From the IMG/VR virus record IMGVR_UViG_3300021449_000180: a stretch of DNA of 39,612 bases; one strand, given 5' to 3'. A program made the position numbers and the translations under genes. The notes beneath the pieces were generated by a model. The model was not told where the DNA came from. It did no database searches and saw only the letters and a program-made list of their open reading frames with translations. Each line of letters begins with the position of its first letter. The stretch's first letter is position 1. The stretch comes from a virus. This document shows positions 38,798 through 39,612 of the stretch, piece by piece.

Positions 38798-39612
38798 TCA
38801 GTACGCTCCCGTGACGCCGTTCGTCAGGGTGACTTCGACTTCCGACCCCAGCCCGCCGACATCGACCAATGCCCGGAATTCGACGTCTTCGGCGACCAGG
38901 TCGTTCTGGTTGATCTGGGCTTCGTGCGTGTTCACCGTACACTTCGGCGCGTCCCAGTCCAGGATGTACGCTGCGGACGTGTCGCTGATGGTTTCTGGCG
39001 ACGTCCAGGTCGCGTTCACCCCGACCGTCGCCAACCGTTCCTGGACGTCCGTCGCGTTCGCCGCGCCCAGGAACTGATCGAACAGCGTCCGGTCTTCGAA
39101 GTCCAGCGTCGCTGTCATCGACACGACGCGTTCCCCGATGTCAACCTTCCCGGCGGTCCGGGCGTCCCTGATCAGGGGGTCCAGGTTGTTTTCGATGGAT
39201 GCGCTGAATTCCTGGACGTCCGGTTCTTTCGACGCTCCGGCGATGTCGAACGCCGCGTCGTTGAACCGGAAGTTTCGAAGGTCGCTGTAGGATGGCGTTG
39301 CCGAATTGACGTCCGGGTCCGGGCCGGCGGCGACCACGTCCACTGACGCTGTCAGCTTTTCTTCCGCCGTGTGCGACAGTTCCAGGGTGTCGACACCGCA
39401 GCCCAGATGCCGGACGACGTCCGTGTCGCGGTCAATCTCCATCGACAGCGCGGGAAGCGTGTCCGTCGGGGTGTAGACGTGGTCGCCGACTTCGTCCGTG
39501 CCGTCGCCGTCAGGGTCGCGGGCGGTGAACGATTCGGTTCCCAGTGCGCCCAGTAGCAGTAGCCCCAGGCCGTTTTCGGGGTTCGCGGGGAGGTCCAGCG
39601 ACCCTTCGTCGG
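38798..39612 (-). CDS. Major tail (tube) protein, 3' part of the junction-spanning gene
   Basis: The track ORF 38798-39442 stays open upstream to the window edge (hand translation DEGSLDLPANPENGLGLLLLGALGTESF...) and joins 1-248 in frame via the 55-nt overlap. Confidence 0.6.
   Translation of the reverse strand, partial: DEGSLDLPANPENGLGLLLLGALGTESFTARDPDGDGTDEVGDHVYTPTDTLPALSMEIDRDTDVVRHLGCGVDTLELSHTAEEKLTASVDVVAAGPDPDVNSATPSYSDLRNFRFNDAAFDIAGASKEPDVQEFSASIENNLDPLIRDARTAGKVDIGERVVSMTATLDFEDRTLFDQFLGAANATDVQERLATVGVNATWTSPETISDTSAAYILDWDAPKCTVNTHEAQINQNDLVAEDVEFRALVDVGGLGSEVEVTLTNGVTGAY
39558..39612. repeat. Second copy of the 55-nt terminal direct repeat
   Basis: Identical to bases 1-55. 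Confidence 0.95.

Noticed and set aside
1-39612. Lysogeny or plasmid functions (integrase, ParA/ParB, Orc1/Cdc6, Rep), tRNAs and CRISPR arrays
   Set aside because: I found no tyrosine or serine recombinase motifs, no Walker-type partition ATPase apart from TerL, no initiator-like AAA+ protein, no cloverleaf-compatible sequence and no repeat-spacer array. Their absence is by eye only and should be confirmed with profile searches.
39558-39612. Reading the 55-nt end repeat as a biological direct terminal repeat of the virion DNA
   Set aside because: The repeat lies in the middle of a coding sequence and is exactly the size of a typical assembler k-mer overlap. It is more parsimoniously an assembly signature of circular closure. 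True termini need read-level evidence.

Overview
The window is a complete genome of 39,557 bp plus an exact 55-nt end overlap (1-55 = 39558-39612), so the element is circular or terminally redundant. It is visibly GC-rich. All roughly 60 credible genes lie on the minus strand, tightly packed, with many 4-8 nt start/stop overlaps. The products are strongly acidic (D/E-rich). They include an archaeal-type PCNA and an Hjc-type resolvase, and A/T boxes sit about 30 nt before several start codons. I read it as a tailed, siphovirus-like virus of a halophilic archaeon with lambda/HK97-style morphogenesis genes.

Layout in transcription direction (descending coordinates):
- (i) An 860-nt ORF-free control region, 29752-28890.
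- (ii) An early block, 28889-18523: many small zinc-ribbon proteins, a TRAM-domain protein, PCNA, a MazG-like protein and unknowns.
- (iii) A 317-nt ORF-free, strand-skewed tract, 18522-18206.
- (iv) A packaging, head and tail block, 18205 -> 1/39557 -> 29753. In order: TerS, Hjc, TerL, portal fusion, MuF-like protein, protease/scaffold, decoration protein, major capsid, connector proteins, tail tube spanning the window junction, an AT-rich island with an RHH-like regulator gene, chaperones, tape measure, distal tail protein, fibre, large tail protein.

By motif-level reading I could not recognise an integrase, DNA polymerase, primase, helicase, Orc1/Cdc6, tRNA or CRISPR array.

The signals not explained by ordinary gene calls are:
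- A conserved GC-rich element plus TTAAG-type box in front of every late transcription unit (7 clear copies and 1 degenerate).
- An orphan copy of that element in front of a C-rich non-coding tract.
- The repeat- and palindrome-rich control region.
- An AT-rich operator-like island inside the tail module.
- A stereotyped 18-nt gene-junction cassette present seven times.
- Several intragenomic paralogous segments.

Functional calls rest on motifs I can read in the translations and on gene order. No database search was possible.
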